A DNA stretch of 64,000 nucleotides from Dudresnaya verticillata (Eukaryota): the NCBI GenBank assembly GCA_977862235.1, contig OZ374560.1, positions 1,178,001 to 1,242,000 of the forward strand, read 5' to 3'. Below, one piece after another: positions 60,661 to 64,000 of this stretch. The position numbers and the translations under genes are program-made. The notes beneath the pieces are model-generated. The model ran no database searches and was not told where the DNA came from. It was given only the letters and a program-made list of their open reading frames with translations. How positions within the stretch are numbered: position 1 is the stretch's first letter; the number at the start of each line of letters is the position of its first letter.

Positions 60661-63600
60661 TTACTCACCCCGAGTGTTCTCCACGGTAATTGTCAGGGAA
60701 AGGTATCCCTTTTTGGCGGTGATACCTTGCAACCAAATTGTGAGGGAGATGCCCCTTTGGCTCCTATGTGTCCTTTGAAGCCGGGCTCTGGAACCACCGC
60801 ACACGATAGAGGTGTGTGTCGGGGTCATAGACAACGATCCTTTCGTACACGTGTTCGCGTGGTGGTGCCTTCTTGAAGCGCGAGAATTTGCGGCTTGACG
60901 CCCCTTCAGCCACTGTCGGCGTAGGTGATGGCGCGTCCACTTCATCGTTCATAGGAGCATTCTCCTGTCACTGAGGGACAAAAGGCGCCGTATGGGCACC
61001 GCTAGGTTGCAAATCCCCACGTGTGCCGGCCAGTGTCCCGGCTTCAACACCAGGTGCTTCGGGTTGCGCCGGTTCATTACCGCCTGATGCGGTGTTCATC
61101 GGGGGGCCAGTGGCGTTTGTGCTGGGCCCGTCGGTTGGCCCAGTTGGGCTACTTGAAGGTGCTGCACCTGTCTCCGGTGGCAATTCCACTACAGTGGGAC
61201 TCATGTCTAGTGCAAGCGGCGCTTCATGTGGCGATGGAGCCAAAGTGACTCGATCCAAAGAGATTGTTTCTCTGTCGCCCTTGATGTCGAGAACCACCAC
61301 ATGGTTTCCTCTCTCGAGAACCTTATATGGCCCAAGGACTTTCGGGAACAGTTTCCCTTCTCTCGCCACACCTGAAGCGTCCTTTACTTTGGTTTCCCGT
61401 TCTAGGAATACCCATGACCCAGGGCGTACCTTTTGGTTGGCCGGTCGAATGCGGTTATTGAAGTTGGTTTCATAGCGCTTTTGCGCTAGTTCCATCCTAG
61501 GTAGAGCCGTATCCATGAGCTTTTCCAGCCGAGCGGTTAGGCGCTTCTTGGCGTTCGTAGCAGGTATCCCGTCAATGTCTACCGTTTCCGCTTGTTCCAA
61601 TAGTAGGGAAGTCGGCGGAGTTGACAAAACCAAGTCAAAAGGGGCTAACCCTGTAGCGCGATGCACTGTCGTATTGTAAGCGTACGTGAGCGCTGAGGTG
61701 ACCTCGTCCCAGTCTCTCTGGTCTTCCGCTATGAAGCGTCGAAGGCCCGCTAGGATGGTGCGGTTGAACCTCTCGGTTTGCCCATTAGTTTGGGGATGGT
61801 ATGTCGACGTGAACATGTTTCGAATCCGTAGGATATCGCACACGGCTAGAAATAACTTAGAGGCAAATTGAGACCCATTGTCTGAAAGGACGTCACCGGG
61901 TGGTCCATAGATAAAGGCCTAATTGTCGCAAAACGCTTTCGCCACTGTATAGGCGGTTACCGTTTTCATCGGTATCGCTCGCGTCAGCTTTGAGAAGCGA
62001 TCCGTCATAACCAATAGGAACTCGTTTCCTCTCCCAGAGCGGGGTAACGGACCCAGGATATCGATTCCTACGAACTCCAGCGGCATGGTTGCCGGAAAGA
62101 GTTTCATATGCGAAGCATGTTTCCGCAACTTGACCCGCTCTTGCGCGCACTTTACACAGTTACGCACTGTGACGTACACATCCAATGCGATCTCTGGCCA
62201 ACATACCTGTCTTCGCAGGTTGTGATACATCCAGGTGCCACCTGGGTGTCCCGTCATCTTGGGGTAGTGGGCTAAGTGTAACGCCCTTTCCTTAAGAGAA
62301 CGAGGTATGAGAACCTGTATCGCCTTGTCGACATATGACTTTCGGACTAGAAGTCCTCGTTCGTCCTCGAGATAGCAAACAGGCTTCCCGGCTTCGAGGT
62401 TCCGTCGGACCCAGATACAGAATTCATCTGTTTCTGCTCACGGAGCAATTCTTCCGTGGTTATGAGGGATAGTCCCTTTTGTCCAGATTCCTTCTCGGCC
62501 ACTTGGGCGATGAACATTTCTTCATCCGAATCGGACTCATCGACGGGTTCGATTTCCCACTCTTCCAACGGCGCGTACTGGGTTCCGGTCGCGACCTTTC
62601 GCAGGGTTCGTCCCTCTGATCGATCTCGAGGACTTAACACAGGATCTCAAGGTCCGGTTCCCATGGCGTGAAGCCATACGTGGGCACCCGAGATACGGCA
62701 TCAGCAATCTGATTCTTTTTGCTTTTTCGATACTGGACCGTGAAGTCGTATTCCAGGAGGCGTAATCTCCAACGGGCCAACCGTCCGGAAGCATCTGTCA
62801 TGCTCATCATCCATTTCAGCGCTTGATGGTCTGTACACAGGTCAAAGTGGGACCTTTCTAGATAGGGTCTGAGCAATTTTGCCGCCCAGACCACTGCTAG
62901 GCACTCCTTTTTGCCTACAGAGTAATTCTTCTCTGCCTTCGTCAGTCTTCGGCTCCAGAAGCCTATCGGGTGTCGAGTCCCGTCTTCTTCGGCTTGCATT
63001 AGTGCGCAACCAATTTGGTATTCGCACGCGTCGGTATCTACCAATAGGGCCTTACCCTCTTGTGGCAACCTAAGAATACAAGGCGCTATTAGCGCTTTCT
63101 TCAGCAATCCGAACGCCTCGCGTTGACGTTCATTGAACTGCGGGAGTTCAAAGCCCACTTTCTTCTGCAGGAGGGGATGGAGTGGAGCTGCCACGCGAAC
63201 GAAGTTTGGTACGAATCGCCTGTAGACGTTGCATAGACCGATGAAAGACCGTAACTGGGTCTGGGTGGTCGGTTCCTTGAAGCCTTCGATGGCTTGTGTA
63301 TTCTTAGTCGCCACATCTAATAAACCCAGACGGATGACGTGCCCTAAGTACTCGACACGCTTTGTGAATAAGTTACACTTCTTAAGTTTCAAGGAGACCC
63401 CTGCTTCTTGTAATATAGAGAGAATCTCTCTTACATGCGCGACATGCTCGTCGACAGTTACGGAGAATACGATAATATCGTCGAGGTATACGAGGCACGA
63501 TTTCCATCGAAATCCTGATAAGAGGATGTCAACCGTTCGCTGAAAGGTCGCCGGAGCGTTGCATAGCTCAAATGGCATCCTGCAAAATTGGAAGCAGCCC

Positions 63601-64000
63601 GCGTGGCATGCAAACGCAGTCTTATTCTTATCCTCCGGCGAAACCGGAATCTGCCAGGAACCTGAGTTGCAATCCAAGGTTGTGAAATATTGCGCTTCAC
63701 CCAGGGAGTCCAAACACTCGTCCATGCGTGGCAGAGGATACGAATCCTTCACTGTAATCGCGTTAAGCTTACGATAGTCAACGCAAAAGCGGAGTGACCC
63801 GTCGGGCTTCTTAACCAAGACGACGGGGCTCGCAAACGCAGAGCGTGCAGGCTCTATGACGCCTTCTTTGAGCATTTTGTTGACCTCATCCTGTTCTGCT
63901 TGACAGGCTTTAGGGCCCGACCGATAAGGCTGCGTAAACACAGGTTTCGAACCTTCTTGAAGCTCAATACGGTGTTCGGTCACCTTGATGGTGCAGAGTT
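60661..64000 (-). pseudogene. pol: pol of A2 (RT, RH, INT, chromodomain), disrupted
   Basis: Near-identical protein to A1 pol across ORFs 62634..63983, 61919..62257, 60968..61843 and 60764..60952. Confidence 0.95.

Larger units (their letters stand above)
57660..64000 (-). mobile_element. Internal region of Gypsy A2 (runs off the window)
   Basis: Inverted and colinear with A1 27970-34390. Confidence 0.95.

Overview
Eukaryotic, TE-dense window with no evident introns. It is probably from a florideophyte red alga (inferred from an AA15-like LPMO, a Golgi-type carbohydrate sulfotransferase and the TE spectrum). Roughly three quarters is transposon-derived. 14,990-38,095 is a five-level nest that can be rebuilt from TIRs and TSDs: Tc1 > Harbinger-type H1 > solo LTR > Harbinger-type H2 > a 12.9-kb Ty3/Gypsy chromovirus-like element (A1). 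Three more solo LTRs interrupt the three transposases. Other Gypsy elements lie at 6.8-11.5 kb (C, minus, truncated), 49.3-57.2 kb (B, plus, no 3' LTR) and 48.2-49.3 plus 57.7-64 kb (A2, minus, relative of A1). All three Gypsy lineages share a tRNA-Tyr-like PBS, a -1 frameshift site and a degenerate dUTPase-like domain. The most notable feature is an extra module in family A between pol and the 3' LTR. It comprises a ~770-aa antisense ORF of unrecognised family (conserved globular core, SUMO consensus sites, C-terminal SIM-like motif, basic NLS-like tract) and a conserved non-coding spacer carrying a GGATAGATG motif array, and is a candidate retrotransposon-encoded anti-silencing or targeting system. 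Host-like DNA at 38-48 kb is strongly enriched in TACWGTA, the classic Tc1 excision footprint. Regions 1-5 kb, 13.5-14.9 kb and 40-48 kb hold decayed ORFs that I could not identify. All comparisons were made by eye; no searches were run.
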